Of a DNA stretch of 64,000 bases, positions 1 through 10,503 are shown in pieces. This DNA is from a bacterium (lineage in GTDB: Bacteria > SAR324 > NAC60-12), in contig CBDDTI010000747.1 in assembly GCA_965233585.1 (NCBI GenBank), positions 64,001 to 128,000 on the forward strand, read 5' to 3'. The position numbers and the translations under genes are program-made. The notes beneath the pieces are model-generated. The model searched no databases. It was not told where the DNA came from and saw only the letters and a program-made list of their open reading frames with translations. The stretch's first letter is position 1. The number at the start of each line of letters is the position of its first letter.

Positions 1-437
1 ATATCTGGAATGTTGTTGTCAATTCCTGCCAGCAAAATAAAGTCTGCATCATCAAGATTGTTGGTCATGCTGATAGGTGTTTGTTCAATACACCTGTGGT
101 CTGTTTCTGCACTGACAATCAATGCTTTGTTGCCAACTCCATCAGGTAATGCTTGATGACGATTGAAGTGATGCCAAAGAGCCTCTCCTGATGTCACCAC
201 ATCATGCACCCACTTTCTAGGGATTTCCAGCCTTTCAATCAACAAACGATTATCTTCTGAACGTCTTCCTGAATTAGAAAGCATCATCACCTGCAAATTC
301 TGAATCTTTTCCAAACATTCTAAAACTCCTGAATAGAGAGCATATCCGTTATGTAAGACACCCCATTGGTCTAGGATGATGGCATCATATTGTGAGATGA
401 TTTGGCTGAGTCCTGATGGATATTGAATTTTGTTCAT
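1..437 (-). CDS. HAD-superfamily hydrolase, subfamily IIA-like (runs off window edge)
   Basis: Manual translation from ATG at 437: MNKIQYPSGLSQIISQYDAIILDQWGVLHNG...MLSNSGRR...VVTSGE; DxxGVL, SNS and TSG motifs of HAD-IIA. Not in the ORF track. Confidence 0.8.
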   Translation of the reverse strand, partial: MNKIQYPSGLSQIISQYDAIILDQWGVLHNGYALYSGVLECLEKIQNLQVMMLSNSGRRSEDNRLLIERLEIPRKWVHDVVTSGEALWHHFNRHQALPDGVGNKALIVSAETDHRCIEQTPISMTNNLDDADFILLAGIDNNIPD

Positions 438-710
438 ACTTGTTGTCCTTTTTTTTCTGATATTTCCTTTGCTAGTGTAATCCAACTAACAAAAAATGAT
501 AACAGAAGTAGATTTTGAAAGCATTCTGCAAAAAGATAGCTTTCAGAATGCTCTTGTTTTTTCAGCAAAGCATGTTATCCTGTTTGGCTATTGTTTTCCA
601 TTAATTCTGTCTCATCAAATTTTCTCTTCAAACTTAATTTTTTTAAAAAACCAATACAGTTTGACCTGCTTTCAATGAGAAGATTTGGAACGTCACATGA
701 ATATTAAGCG

Positions 711-1793
711 ATGAAAAAGCAACCCGTTTCTTCAACAAAAACAGCAGGAGGTCATCACTTGACTCTTGGTTTACTCTGTCAAAAATTGAACCTTGAGTTT
801 GAAGGCACTCCAGACTTACAGCTTCATCAAGTGTGTAGTTTGGAACACATCAAATCTCATAGTGTGGGTTTGATTCTTTCCGACGTTTATTCTCCTCCTG
901 ATGATTCATCTATTGCGTGGGTGATTCCCCAAAAATCTCAACTTCCTCAAAAGCTCAAAAGAAATTGGATTTTTGCAGAGGACGCAAGATACATTCACGC
1001 ACAGATTTGTCAGATCCTGCATCCTTTGCCCCATTATCCCTCGCAAATTCATCACACTGCTATCATTGGAAATCATGTCACTTACGGCAAAGATTGTTTT
1101 ATTGGGGCAAATGTTGTGCTGTATGATGGTGTTTCGTTAGGAGATAGAGTGACAATTCACTCAGGAGTTGTGCTGATGGAAAATGTGTCTTTGGGCAGTG
1201 ATAGTGTGATTTATCCCCAAGTTACAATCTATAGAGACACTGACATTGGTGAAAGATGTATCATTCACGCCAACACTGTCATCGGTACAGATGGCTTTGG
1301 GTTTTTGAAAGATCGGAATGGACACGCTTATAAAATCCCACAAGCGGGGAATGTTGCTATTGGAGATGATGTAGAAATTGGTGCATTGTGTGGTATTGAC
1401 CGTGCGAGATTTGACACGACTACCATAGAACCAAGGGTCAAGTTAGATAATTTGATTCATGTTGGACACAATGTAAGCATTGGTAGCGATACAATGATTT
1501 CGGCTCAAACAGGGATTTCAGGCAGTACCAGCATTGGGAGGCGTTGTATGATAGGAGGTAAAACAGGAATTGTAGATCATCTTCAAATTGGCGATGATGT
1601 GGTCATTTCAAGTTCTAAGGTCACAAAAAATCTTGCCAAATCTGGCACGTTTGGGGCAATGATTCCTGCAATGCCTCTAAAGGAGTGGTGGAAAACGTGG
1701 GCGTACGTTCTTCGGCTGAAAAGCCTATTTCAACGTGTTTCTAATTTAGAAGAATCAATCAAAAGCACAAAGACCCAGCATGACAACGATTAA
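711..1793 (+). CDS. lpxD: UDP-3-O-(3-hydroxyacyl)glucosamine N-acyltransferase
   Basis: Hexapeptide repeats; IGTDGFGF, KIPQAGNV, IDRA, KLDNLIHVGHNV motifs. Confidence 0.95.
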   Translation: MKKQPVSSTKTAGGHHLTLGLLCQKLNLEFEGTPDLQLHQVCSLEHIKSHSVGLILSDVYSPPDDSSIAWVIPQKSQLPQKLKRNWIFAEDARYIHAQICQILHPLPHYPSQIHHTAIIGNHVTYGKDCFIGANVVLYDGVSLGDRVTIHSGVVLMENVSLGSDSVIYPQVTIYRDTDIGERCIIHANTVIGTDGFGFLKDRNGHAYKIPQAGNVAIGDDVEIGALCGIDRARFDTTTIEPRVKLDNLIHVGHNVSIGSDTMISAQTGISGSTSIGRRCMIGGKTGIVDHLQIGDDVVISSSKVTKNLAKSGTFGAMIPAMPLKEWWKTWAYVLRLKSLFQRVSNLEESIKSTKTQHDND

Positions 1794-2061
1794 AGCAGAC
1801 TTGATTCGTTCCCTTCAGCAACAACAAAAAATCCCGCTTGAAGAGGCAGAACATGCGGTTAACATATTACTGGAAGTTTTGAAACAAACGTTGGAAGACG
1901 ATGAGGCAATTTTGATTAATGGATTTGGTAAATTCTCAGTACGTCTCAAAGATGCTAGACCGGGAAGGAATCCTAAAACGAAGGAAGAGTATAAGGTCAG
2001 TGCAAGAAAAACGGTGATCTTTCATGCCTCCAAAGCGTGGAGGCGTCAATTTTATCAGTAA
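1780..2061 (+). CDS. Integration host factor / HU family DNA-binding protein
   Basis: GFGKFSVR..ARPGRNPKT..V.F.AS signature, 93 aa. Confidence 0.93.
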   Translation: MTTIKADLIRSLQQQQKIPLEEAEHAVNILLEVLKQTLEDDEAILINGFGKFSVRLKDARPGRNPKTKEEYKVSARKTVIFHASKAWRRQFYQ

Positions 2062-3231
2062 CTACAGGCGATATTCAAAGTTGCCATGTTCTGTACGTAT
2101 CTCCAATACATTTTCTGCTGATTCATTTTCAATACAACGACCGATGATCTGACAACCCACTCCATGTTGGCTGGCAACTTCTTCTACGATTGGGAAGAGG
2201 TCTTCTTGACCAATGATTTCCATACGATGCCCCATATTGAATGTTTCATACATTTCACGCCATGGAGTGTTAGAGCTTTGTTGAATGGTAGCAAAAAGTG
2301 CGGGGGTTTCAAACAAGTTATCTTTGATATAGCGAATCTTACGACCAGATCGTAAACACTTGGTTTGCCCCCCTCCCGTGCAGTGAATGATTCCAGAAAT
2401 TTTGCTCCTCACAGATTTAAGTAATTGGGTAACAATCGGTGCATATGTTCGGGTGGGTGAGAGTAAGGCTTCCCCTATGTTTAAAGGCGTACCGGGCAAA
2501 GCATCTGTCAGTCTAAACGTCCCGTTATAGCAATATTCTTTTGGAATGTCAGGAGAAAATGTTTCAGGATAACGCAAATAATATTGGTCTAAAAGTTCAT
2601 GGCGAGCAGCAGTGAGACCATTGCTTCCTATGCCACTGTTATAGCTATCTTCATAGTTTGAATTTTGGTCACAAGCCAGTCCAATAATGACATCACCAGC
2701 CGAGATACCTTGGTTGTCTAAAATGTCTTGCCTCTTACATCTAGCAATCATTGAGGCATCAATAAAAGCTGTCCGTGCTAGGTCTCCAACATCTGCTGTT
2801 TCTCCACCTGCAAAAATGATCTCTACCCCTAAATCATTCAGCATGTCAACAGTTCTTTCAAAACCTTGAATCAAATGCTTAATGACCTCACCATTGACTT
2901 TAGAAGCATTACGACCAATGGAGTTTGACAACAAAAAAGGTCCTGTCATTCCAACGCATAGCATGTCATCTAAATTCATGACGATGGCATCTTGTGCAAT
3001 GCCTTCAAAAGCAGAAGGATCACCTTGCTCTTTATAGAGAAGGTAGGCAACAACAGACTTCGTGCCAGCTCCGTCAGTATGCAAAACATTGCAGTATTCA
3101 GGGTCACGGCATAGGGCATCAGGAACTACTTTGCAAAATGCGTTTTCAAAAAGCCCGGGATCAAGCTGCGAAACGGCTAAATGAACATCTTCTTTTGTAG
3201 GAGAGACACCGCGAATACGATACCGACTCAT
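2062..3231 (-). CDS. purM: Phosphoribosylformylglycinamidine cyclo-ligase (AIR synthase)
   Basis: HTDGAGTKS, MNLDD, GGETADVGD, GSNGLT, HCTGGGQTK, FNMGHRME motifs; start moved to ATG at 3231 (MSRYRIRGVS) to avoid overlapping the upstream gene. Confidence 0.88.
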   Translation of the reverse strand: MSRYRIRGVSPTKEDVHLAVSQLDPGLFENAFCKVVPDALCRDPEYCNVLHTDGAGTKSVVAYLLYKEQGDPSAFEGIAQDAIVMNLDDMLCVGMTGPFLLSNSIGRNASKVNGEVIKHLIQGFERTVDMLNDLGVEIIFAGGETADVGDLARTAFIDASMIARCKRQDILDNQGISAGDVIIGLACDQNSNYEDSYNSGIGSNGLTAARHELLDQYYLRYPETFSPDIPKEYCYNGTFRLTDALPGTPLNIGEALLSPTRTYAPIVTQLLKSVRSKISGIIHCTGGGQTKCLRSGRKIRYIKDNLFETPALFATIQQSSNTPWREMYETFNMGHRMEIIGQEDLFPIVEEVASQHGVGCQIIGRCIENESAENVLEIRTEHGNFEYRL

Positions 3232-3244
3232 TTTAGATTCAATC

Positions 3245-3598
3245 TTAGGAAGATTTGGAAGGCATGGAGCATGTCCCCTCAATTTGAGAACCTTCGGCAA
3301 TAATCAAACCACCTTGCGGAGCAATGATGTCTCCAAGTATTTGAGATTCTGGTAAAATTTCCAATAACTCTGATGCTCTCACAGCACCTCTCACAGCACC
3401 TCTCACCATGAGTTTTTGGGAGTAAACAGAGCCTTCAATGCTAGCTTGTGTTTCAAGTGTAACAGAAGACTCTCCAACCACTTGACCTATGATGTGTGCG
3501 TTAATTGTTAGGTCTTCCTTTGAGGTCACTGTGCCTTCAATGACGGTTTGTTCAGACAAATAGCTTGTTTTAAGCGGAACGGAAAGAGGATGAGCCAT
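3245..3598 (-). CDS. Bactofilin (polymer-forming cytoskeletal protein)
   Basis: Short beta-helix pattern (VIEGTV, IIGQV, IEGSV, VRGAV, ILGDI, IEGTCSM); follows an M23 peptidase gene. Confidence 0.88.
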   Translation of the reverse strand: MAHPLSVPLKTSYLSEQTVIEGTVTSKEDLTINAHIIGQVVGESSVTLETQASIEGSVYSQKLMVRGAVRGAVRASELLEILPESQILGDIIAPQGGLIIAEGSQIEGTCSMPSKSS

Positions 3599-3603
3599 AA
3601 ATA

Positions 3604-4932
3604 TTATCTTAAAGGGTCCTTGACAGCAAATGAACGAACGAGAGTCATCGGATTGATATGTTTTCTATTGATAAAGATTTCATAATGCAGGTGAGGTCCT
3701 GTGCTTCTACCAGTGTTACCAACTGTCCCAATCACTTGCCCTCTCTTGACTTTCTCTCCTTGCTTAACAAGGATCTGATGCAAATGCCCATATCTTGTCG
3801 TGTAATTCACCTTGCGTTTTTTATCATAGGACAGCCCTTGTCCATGATGGATTTGAATAAACTTACCGTACCCCCCTTTGACACCTGCAAAGGTCACCCT
3901 ACCATTTGCAGCAACATAAATTTTCGTGCCTGTCTTTTTGGGGAAATCTGTCCCTGCATGGAACTCCCACCTTTTATTAAAAGGGCTAATTCTCTTGCCG
4001 TAATGGTCTGAAATACGTGGGTTAGCAACGGGTATGAAAGTGGGTGTATTTGCCCAAAGTTCTGATTGTTCTTCAACAGAAGAGAAAGCTGACTCAAATG
4101 ACTCAGAAACCACGTTATAATACTTTTCTGTTTGTTCCAAATAGCGATGAAAGTTGTCTGTGTCCATATAATCAATGTTCTGGTATTGATCTTTGGGGTC
4201 GCTACTCGGTCCACCTCTACCACCTCTGCTTCTGCTGGTTAGAAAATAATCTTGCACGGGGACGGTGATTCCTGTTGCTTGCTTGATTTTTTTAGCAAGA
4301 GCCATGATTGCTTGTTCTTTCTTTTTCAGCAATTCAAGGCTAGCGGCAATTTTACGGTCTGTCTTAGCAATTCTTTGTTGAAGCTGTTTAATAGTCAGTT
4401 CTTGCTCTTCTGCTGCAAATTGACGCCGAGCAAATTTTTCAACAAGAACTTGAAACTCGTCAAAATCTTGTCTGGCTCCACTCATCCATAAGATCGCATC
4501 ATCAGGGGACGACAGCTTCGCTGTATCTAGTTCTGGACACTCACGTTTGAGAGTTCCACAAGTTTCCTGGTGTAGCTGCTTCAGTGATTCCAAACTTTGC
4601 TTATAGGCACCAGCATGTGCCTGAAGTTTTTCTAATCGTTTTTCAGCAAGTTCTTTAGATTGTTCTAATGACTCCTTGAGATTAAAAATCGTGGATTCTT
4701 TGCTTTGCAATCTCGCAATTTTTTCCTGCAGTGATTTTTGATACTCTGAATCTTCTGAAAGCATCGCTTCCTGTTTGAGAATCAAGGAGTGCTGTTGGTA
4801 GAAAAAAACGGCCAACCCAGTCAATAGCAAAATCAAGGTTAAAGCTAAGAAATAGAGAGAGCGGTAACTGACAGAATAACATTGAGCTTGGGCATCTGAT
4901 CCCTTGAGCAAAATGAATGAAAAATTCTTCAT
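3604..4932 (-). CDS. M23 family peptidoglycan endopeptidase with N-terminal TM and coiled coil
   Basis: HAGTD (HxxxD), YGHL and STGPHLHYEI motifs. Confidence 0.93.
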   Translation of the reverse strand: MKNFSFILLKGSDAQAQCYSVSYRSLYFLALTLILLLTGLAVFFYQQHSLILKQEAMLSEDSEYQKSLQEKIARLQSKESTIFNLKESLEQSKELAEKRLEKLQAHAGAYKQSLESLKQLHQETCGTLKRECPELDTAKLSSPDDAILWMSGARQDFDEFQVLVEKFARRQFAAEEQELTIKQLQQRIAKTDRKIAASLELLKKKEQAIMALAKKIKQATGITVPVQDYFLTSRSRGGRGGPSSDPKDQYQNIDYMDTDNFHRYLEQTEKYYNVVSESFESAFSSVEEQSELWANTPTFIPVANPRISDHYGKRISPFNKRWEFHAGTDFPKKTGTKIYVAANGRVTFAGVKGGYGKFIQIHHGQGLSYDKKRKVNYTTRYGHLHQILVKQGEKVKRGQVIGTVGNTGRSTGPHLHYEIFINRKHINPMTLVRSFAVKDPLR

Positions 4933-5010
4933 GGCTAAAATAAAAGGTCAACAATTGAATGTAGTTGGTTCAACACAAACGGAGTATTCTGAAGAAAATT
5001 AGCCAAAGCG

Positions 5011-6066
5011 TCAAGTAGTAACTTCATCTCCATCTTTAAAAAAGAGATAATTTGATGTCTTCATCCGAATCTTTTCAGAAGGTTTCCATTCCTGAATAGA
5101 AGGCAAACTCACATTCACCTGATGTTTTGAAGCAAGTGAAATTTGTAAAATCTGATGTTCCCCTGCAAAAATAATCTTTTGAATCGTGCCATCTGCCCGG
5201 CTTTCATCTTTGACTTTATCAAGCTGCCAATGTTCAGGGCGAATCATCACCAATGTTGATGATTCTGGTATTTGAGGAGATTCAGAAGTTTCTCTTAAAA
5301 GATTCCTCACACTTTCAAAAGGCAAAAAGTTAGATTCCCCAATAAACGATGCCACCCAAGCATTGCAAGGGGTGTGATAAATGGAAGCAGGGCTTCCTTC
5401 TTGAATGAGCCTGCCACGTTGAAGCAGTAGGATACGTTCAGCAAAGGCAAAAGAATCATGTTGGTCGTGCGTGACAAAAATGGCACTGGTTTTTTCATTT
5501 TGTAAAATGTCTCTGACTTCATGTCGCAGCTGGACTCTTAATTTTTGGTCAAGATTGCTGAAAGGTTCATCTAGCAAAATCATGCGAGGTGATGGAGCAA
5601 GTGAACGTGCCAGAGCCACCCTTTGTTGTTCTCCCCCTGAAAGCTCATGGGGCATTTTTTTGCTGGCATGAGGCAAACCAATCAACTCCAACATCTGCGT
5701 AATACGTTTTCGTTTATCAGAGGATTGGCCATGTAATCCATAGCCTATGTTGTCAGAAACGTTCATGTGAGGGAACAGTGCAAGGTCTTGAAAGACAATC
5801 CCTATTTTCCTTTTTTCGGGTGCGATTGTCGTGCTTTTTGAAGAAGCACATGTTCCGTCAAGCGCAATTTTTCCGTAGTCCACATTTAAAAAACCACTAA
5901 TTAAATGTAATAAAGTGGTTTTGCCACAACCTGACGAACCTAAGACCGATAGCAACTCTCCACGCCTCATCTCAAAGCTGACATGATCCACAACATTGAT
6001 GCCATTGTATGTTTTACAAACTTCATGACATTTTAAAAGTGGCTGATTTTGTGATGGTGTGTTCAT
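5011..6066 (-). CDS. fbpC: Fe(III) ABC transporter ATP-binding subunit (FbpC-like)
   Basis: Walker A GSSGCGKT, LSGGEQQRVALAR, LLDEPF; operon with permease and binding protein. Confidence 0.88.
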   Translation of the reverse strand: MNTPSQNQPLLKCHEVCKTYNGINVVDHVSFEMRRGELLSVLGSSGCGKTTLLHLISGFLNVDYGKIALDGTCASSKSTTIAPEKRKIGIVFQDLALFPHMNVSDNIGYGLHGQSSDKRKRITQMLELIGLPHASKKMPHELSGGEQQRVALARSLAPSPRMILLDEPFSNLDQKLRVQLRHEVRDILQNEKTSAIFVTHDQHDSFAFAERILLLQRGRLIQEGSPASIYHTPCNAWVASFIGESNFLPFESVRNLLRETSESPQIPESSTLVMIRPEHWQLDKVKDESRADGTIQKIIFAGEHQILQISLASKHQVNVSLPSIQEWKPSEKIRMKTSNYLFFKDGDEVTT

Positions 6067-6078
6067 GCAATGTTTGAC

Positions 6079-7749
6079 CTAAGGCACTTGTCTTTTTGCA
6101 TCAATGGAATAAATCATAATAACAGGAATCATGCCACAAATAACGATTGCTAATGCCCCAAGAGCAGATTCTTCCAACAATCCATCACCTGCGTATTGAT
6201 AAACATAAGTGGCTAACGTATTGAAATTATAGGGTTTGAGAACCATTGTTGTTGACAATTCTTTCATGGTATCCACAAAAATTAAGATTCCTGCAGCAAA
6301 AATACTGTTTCGGATTAAGGGCAAATGAACACGCCATAACGTCTGACGTGCGTTCACCCCTAAAATTTGTGAGGCTTTGTCAAGAGAAGGCTTCACACGC
6401 ATTAAACCAGATTCCACTCCCCCAATTCCCAACGCCATGAATCGGATACAGTAGGCATAAACCAAACCGCCTACACTTCCAGTGATAAGCAACCCCAAAG
6501 GCAAATCAAACAGCTTTCTTGAAAGACCATCAACGAAATTGTCCAACCCTGCCATAGGAATTAAAACCCCCACCGCTAAAGCTGTACCGGGCAGTGCATA
6601 GCCCATCATTGAAAATTGACTGGCTAATGCAAGATTCTTAGATTTTGTCACTCTCACCCCATAGACTAAAAACAAGGCAAAAGTCAATGTTGCCAATGCA
6701 GTTAAGCTAGAGACTGAAAAGGAATTCCACGCAAACTCAAAAAATTCAGATGTCCAGTTAGAATCAAAGTATTGAACCGAATAGCTGAACAAAATACCAA
6801 AAGGCAAGAGAAAACCCAACGTGATAATCGTCAAACAAAATGCGAATGCAAGCCACCCTTTCCAACCAGAAAGTTTAATAGAAATTTCTGCAGGTCTGGA
6901 ATGTGCTGAAAGCTCGTGGTAGGACTTTTTAGCACGACTTCTTTTCTCTAAATAAATTAAAATTGCAACGAACGAAAACATGACAAGAGCAATTTGTGCT
7001 GCCCCGGAGGGAGAATTCATTTCAAACCAAACTTCATAAACTCCTGTGGCTAGAGTATGCACAGCAAAAAAAGAAGCTACTCCAAAATCATTGAGTGTTT
7101 CCATAATGACGATGATGAGACCAATCACGATAGAAACACGAGCCAGAGGTAGAGATAGCCTGAAAAATGTTTGCCAACTGGAATAACCCAAGATGCGAGA
7201 GGCATGCCATAAAGATTGGGATTGGTCAAGAAATGCAGAACGAGCCATCATGTAGACGTAAGGATAGAGAGTCAAAGACATGCAAACGATCGCCCCACCA
7301 AGTGAGCGAATATCAGGAAACCAGTAATCTCTAGCACTTTCCCAGCCAAATAAAAATCGTAAAAAAATTTGAACATTGCCTGCGTATTCTAGTTGGTCTG
7401 TTGCAACGTAGGCAAAAATGTAGGCAGGCATTGCCATTGGCAGTAACAATGCCCATTGAAAGAGATTTCTACAAGGGAAACGGCAAAGTGCCACAAGCCA
7501 TGCGGCAGGAACTCCTAGCAAGATGACCCCTATTGATGTTCCAAGCATCAATAGAAAACTGCGTTTGATCAATCCAAAAAGAATTGTCTCGCTGAGATGC
7601 TTCCAGATTTCTGTCTCTGAGGAAAAAGAAAGGAGAATGACGGAAAAGATAGGCAGGAGGATCAGTGCAACAATCCCCCAACCCAATCCAATCCAGCCAT
7701 TCCAAATAGAACGAGTAGCATGATTCTTCAAAAGAATGCCACGTTCCAT
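6079..7749 (-). CDS. fbpB: Fe(III) ABC transporter permease (FbpB-like)
   Basis: Two fused permease domains; LLLPMAMPAY, LYPYVY, MKEL motifs. Confidence 0.9.
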   Translation of the reverse strand: MERGILLKNHATRSIWNGWIGLGWGIVALILLPIFSVILLSFSSETEIWKHLSETILFGLIKRSFLLMLGTSIGVILLGVPAAWLVALCRFPCRNLFQWALLLPMAMPAYIFAYVATDQLEYAGNVQIFLRFLFGWESARDYWFPDIRSLGGAIVCMSLTLYPYVYMMARSAFLDQSQSLWHASRILGYSSWQTFFRLSLPLARVSIVIGLIIVIMETLNDFGVASFFAVHTLATGVYEVWFEMNSPSGAAQIALVMFSFVAILIYLEKRSRAKKSYHELSAHSRPAEISIKLSGWKGWLAFAFCLTIITLGFLLPFGILFSYSVQYFDSNWTSEFFEFAWNSFSVSSLTALATLTFALFLVYGVRVTKSKNLALASQFSMMGYALPGTALAVGVLIPMAGLDNFVDGLSRKLFDLPLGLLITGSVGGLVYAYCIRFMALGIGGVESGLMRVKPSLDKASQILGVNARQTLWRVHLPLIRNSIFAAGILIFVDTMKELSTTMVLKPYNFNTLATYVYQYAGDGLLEESALGALAIVICGMIPVIMIYSIDAKRQVP

Positions 7750-7761
7750 GTTTGGAGGGAT

Positions 7762-8796
7762 TTAGTCAAGTTCGTTAAAATTAACTTCATTGACCAGCTC
7801 TATTGCTCTCTGACGGTTGTCAGCAATTTTTTGCAACGGAAGGTCATCAGCTTTGAATGTTCCCCATGATTTGACAAGAGAAGACCACTCAACACCGGGC
7901 TTGACAGGGTATTCATGGTTCACTTCTGCATAGATCTGCTGAGCTTCTTCTGAAATCAAAAACTCAATCAATTCAACAGCTCCCTTTTTGTTTGGTGAAT
8001 GTTTTGCGATTGCCGCACCGCTGACGTTCATGTGAGCCCCTTCAAAGTCTTGATTTGGGAAAATGATTTTAGCAGATTGTGCCCACCTGTTTTGAATGGC
8101 ATCCTTACCTGATGCTTCAAGCATTTTACCCATGTAATAAGTATTTCCAAGAGAAAGGTCGCATTGTCCTTCATAAATGGCTTTCACTTGGGCGCGGTCG
8201 TTCCCTTGAGGTTTACGAGCGAGTTGCCCCTTGAGCTGACGAAGGTAGTTTTTTGTGTAGCCTTCACCACGTTTGGCAATGAATGAAGCCCATAATGCAA
8301 GATTATAAGCATTTTTGCCATCACGGATACAAATCTTCCCTTTCCATTTGGGGTCTAGCAAATCATCGTATGTTTGAACCTCTCCATCTTTGACTCGGTC
8401 TTTGGAAGCATAAATGACACGAGAACGGGAAGTTTGAGCAACCCACAATCTGTTGGGGTGACGATATTCTGCAGGAACTAGTTTATTGATTTTAGTAGAA
8501 TTGATTCTTTGTACAAGACGAGATTCTACTAACGTGTTAAGACGCCCAATATCTACCGTTAATACCACATCAGCAGGAGAGTTGACACCTTCTTGCTTGA
8601 TTCTTTGGATATGCGTTTTTTTATCGTACAAGACATTCACCTTATACCCGCTTTTTTCCTCAAATTTTTCCAGCAAAGGCTTGATAAGAAATTCTTGTCT
8701 GTATGAATAGACTGTGACCTCATCTTCCCCTGCCATGAGAGGACTTGCAAAAACCATCACTGAAGCGATGGCACCAATCGTTTTTTTGACTTTCAT
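7762..8796 (-). CDS. fbpA: Fe(III) ABC transporter substrate-binding protein (FbpA/FutA-like)
   Basis: Signal peptide; VYSYRQ, SPADV, GNDRAQ, GNTYY tyrosine-pair, NHEYP motifs. Confidence 0.92.
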   Translation of the reverse strand: MKVKKTIGAIASVMVFASPLMAGEDEVTVYSYRQEFLIKPLLEKFEEKSGYKVNVLYDKKTHIQRIKQEGVNSPADVVLTVDIGRLNTLVESRLVQRINSTKINKLVPAEYRHPNRLWVAQTSRSRVIYASKDRVKDGEVQTYDDLLDPKWKGKICIRDGKNAYNLALWASFIAKRGEGYTKNYLRQLKGQLARKPQGNDRAQVKAIYEGQCDLSLGNTYYMGKMLEASGKDAIQNRWAQSAKIIFPNQDFEGAHMNVSGAAIAKHSPNKKGAVELIEFLISEEAQQIYAEVNHEYPVKPGVEWSSLVKSWGTFKADDLPLQKIADNRQRAIELVNEVNFNELD

Positions 8797-8935
8797 TTTT
8801 TCTCCTTAATAATCAATCAAAAGTTAAATATCAGAACAAAGCACCATTGCCTTGTCCAACCCGGTATTCTACAATCCTAATTTTAGAAAATCAACATAAA
8901 GAATTATTTTTAATTTGCATATAAAAATTGATCAT

Positions 8936-9640
8936 TTAAATAAAACCCTCTAAAACCAAATGGTTTGTGCAAGTGACTAAAATTTGTAGAGATTGTTTTC
9001 TCTCTTGAGCAGACGAGTCTTGTGGAAGGTGTAGGCACAGCGCATAATCTGTTTTACCCCAGTTGCTTAAAACAGGTGCTGACATCGTGTAATCTGAAGC
9101 AGAAAACATACAAAAATAACCTTGCTTATGCGCCTCTTTGACTTCTGACTGAAACTGCAAAAATTCCACTTCATGGCTGTCAAAACATAAATAGTCCTGC
9201 AAAGGTATAAATTTAGAGGCAAAGATTCTACCTACGATAGTTTGAGTGATAGAAAAAGCAACGCCTAAAGGCAAGGCATGAACAGAGTGCTTTGATTCAT
9301 AAATGGTCATGCAAGAAGTCCCTATCAGCTGAACAAGTGAGCAAGTTTGTAAGGTTTCTTTGGCGAGGTCGTTGCAGGCTGACTGAAGCTGACCTAGATA
9401 GCGATGTCTGGAATTGTACAAACTACCACAGGCAAAAAACTTGGGAGAAATAAAGTATTTACCCTTGCATTTAGTTAAAAAATGAAGACCGACCAACTTC
9501 GTTAGTAAACTATGAGTCGTTGACAGTGGAAGACCTGCTTGAAGACTAACCTCTTTGGCATTCATGGGCTGTCTGAAGGAAGCCATGGCATCAAATACTT
9601 TTGACGTATTTTCCAAACTATCTCCACGTTTTAATCCCAT
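8936..9640 (-). CDS. IclR family transcriptional regulator (divergent)
   Basis: N-terminal winged HTH (EVSLQAGLPLSTTHSLLTKL); C-terminal ETLQTCSL, IVGRIF and MSAPV segments resemble the IclR effector domain. Confidence 0.75.
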   Translation of the reverse strand: MGLKRGDSLENTSKVFDAMASFRQPMNAKEVSLQAGLPLSTTHSLLTKLVGLHFLTKCKGKYFISPKFFACGSLYNSRHRYLGQLQSACNDLAKETLQTCSLVQLIGTSCMTIYESKHSVHALPLGVAFSITQTIVGRIFASKFIPLQDYLCFDSHEVEFLQFQSEVKEAHKQGYFCMFSASDYTMSAPVLSNWGKTDYALCLHLPQDSSAQERKQSLQILVTCTNHLVLEGFI

Positions 9641-9750
9641 TCTAGCCTTTCTTTGAGAACTTGTTTGAAAATGGGAATCCTGAAAAGATTGACCTCTTCA
9701 CTTAAAAAACCTTTCCAAGACCCTCTTGACCACACGCAACTTGAATGAGT

Positions 9751-10374
9751 TTATTTCTTTGTAGAGATAGGAGAAGGCGGAAGGATATTTTCTGCAAAGG
9801 CAGGATGCTTTAAACAAAACTCTTCAAATTGCTTCAGTTTTGGCAGAGGGAATGTTTGCATCACTTCTGGAATCGCAACATTGGTAAATTGGAATGCGAC
9901 AAAAACTGCAATATCTGCATGACTCGGGCTTGTCCCATTGACCCAATTGACTTCGGATTTAAAAAATTCTTCAAGAAATTCAAACCCGTTACAAATCTGT
10001 TTCGTTGTGTATTCAATGATTTTAGGAGAACGAAATGGCTCATCACGTCTTGTCAGCTCATAGAATAGACTGACAGCTTTTTCAATGAGAGACACACCAA
10101 TACCCTGTTTTTGCAAAGAGGACAACGCTGTTGGAAACAGAGATGGTGAGAAAGTACGGTTAATCCATTCAACGATAATGGAGGAATCATACAATGACTC
10201 ACCATCTACCTTTAGGACAGGAAGCCTTGCTTGTGGGTGCAACTGTTGTAAACGTTCCTTGCCCCCAGCTGTTCCTAATACTGTTTGTTGATAAGGAACT
10301 TCTAACAGGTCAAATGCTAAAGTCAGCCTCCTTGAAAATGGAGAAAAATTTGAACCAAAAATTTGTAACTGCAT
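9751..10374 (-). CDS. Glutathione S-transferase family protein
   Basis: SPFSRR, P..RLPVL, LYDSSIIVEW, SHADIA motifs. Confidence 0.9.
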   Translation of the reverse strand: MQLQIFGSNFSPFSRRLTLAFDLLEVPYQQTVLGTAGGKERLQQLHPQARLPVLKVDGESLYDSSIIVEWINRTFSPSLFPTALSSLQKQGIGVSLIEKAVSLFYELTRRDEPFRSPKIIEYTTKQICNGFEFLEEFFKSEVNWVNGTSPSHADIAVFVAFQFTNVAIPEVMQTFPLPKLKQFEEFCLKHPAFAENILPPSPISTKK

Positions 10375-10503
10375 CTCAGACTCCAGAATAAATTTAGAAT
10401 TGTATCAACAAACTCCAACAAATTCTAATTTAAAATTCTTGATTTTGTTGCTCTGCCAAGATTAATATCTTCTGTTTTAATTTAAACTGATGAAAGGTGT
10501 AGT

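Noticed and set aside
496..678. 60-aa ORF upstream of lpxD
   Set aside because: Lies in an AT-rich divergent promoter region with no recognisable features.
3376..3406. 12-nt tandem repeat CTCTCACAGCAC
   Set aside because: Encodes VRGA repeats that fit the bactofilin beta-helix.
8890..8935. Fur box upstream of the iron ABC operon
   Set aside because: Plausible by context, but the best match to the consensus is weak in an AT-rich region.
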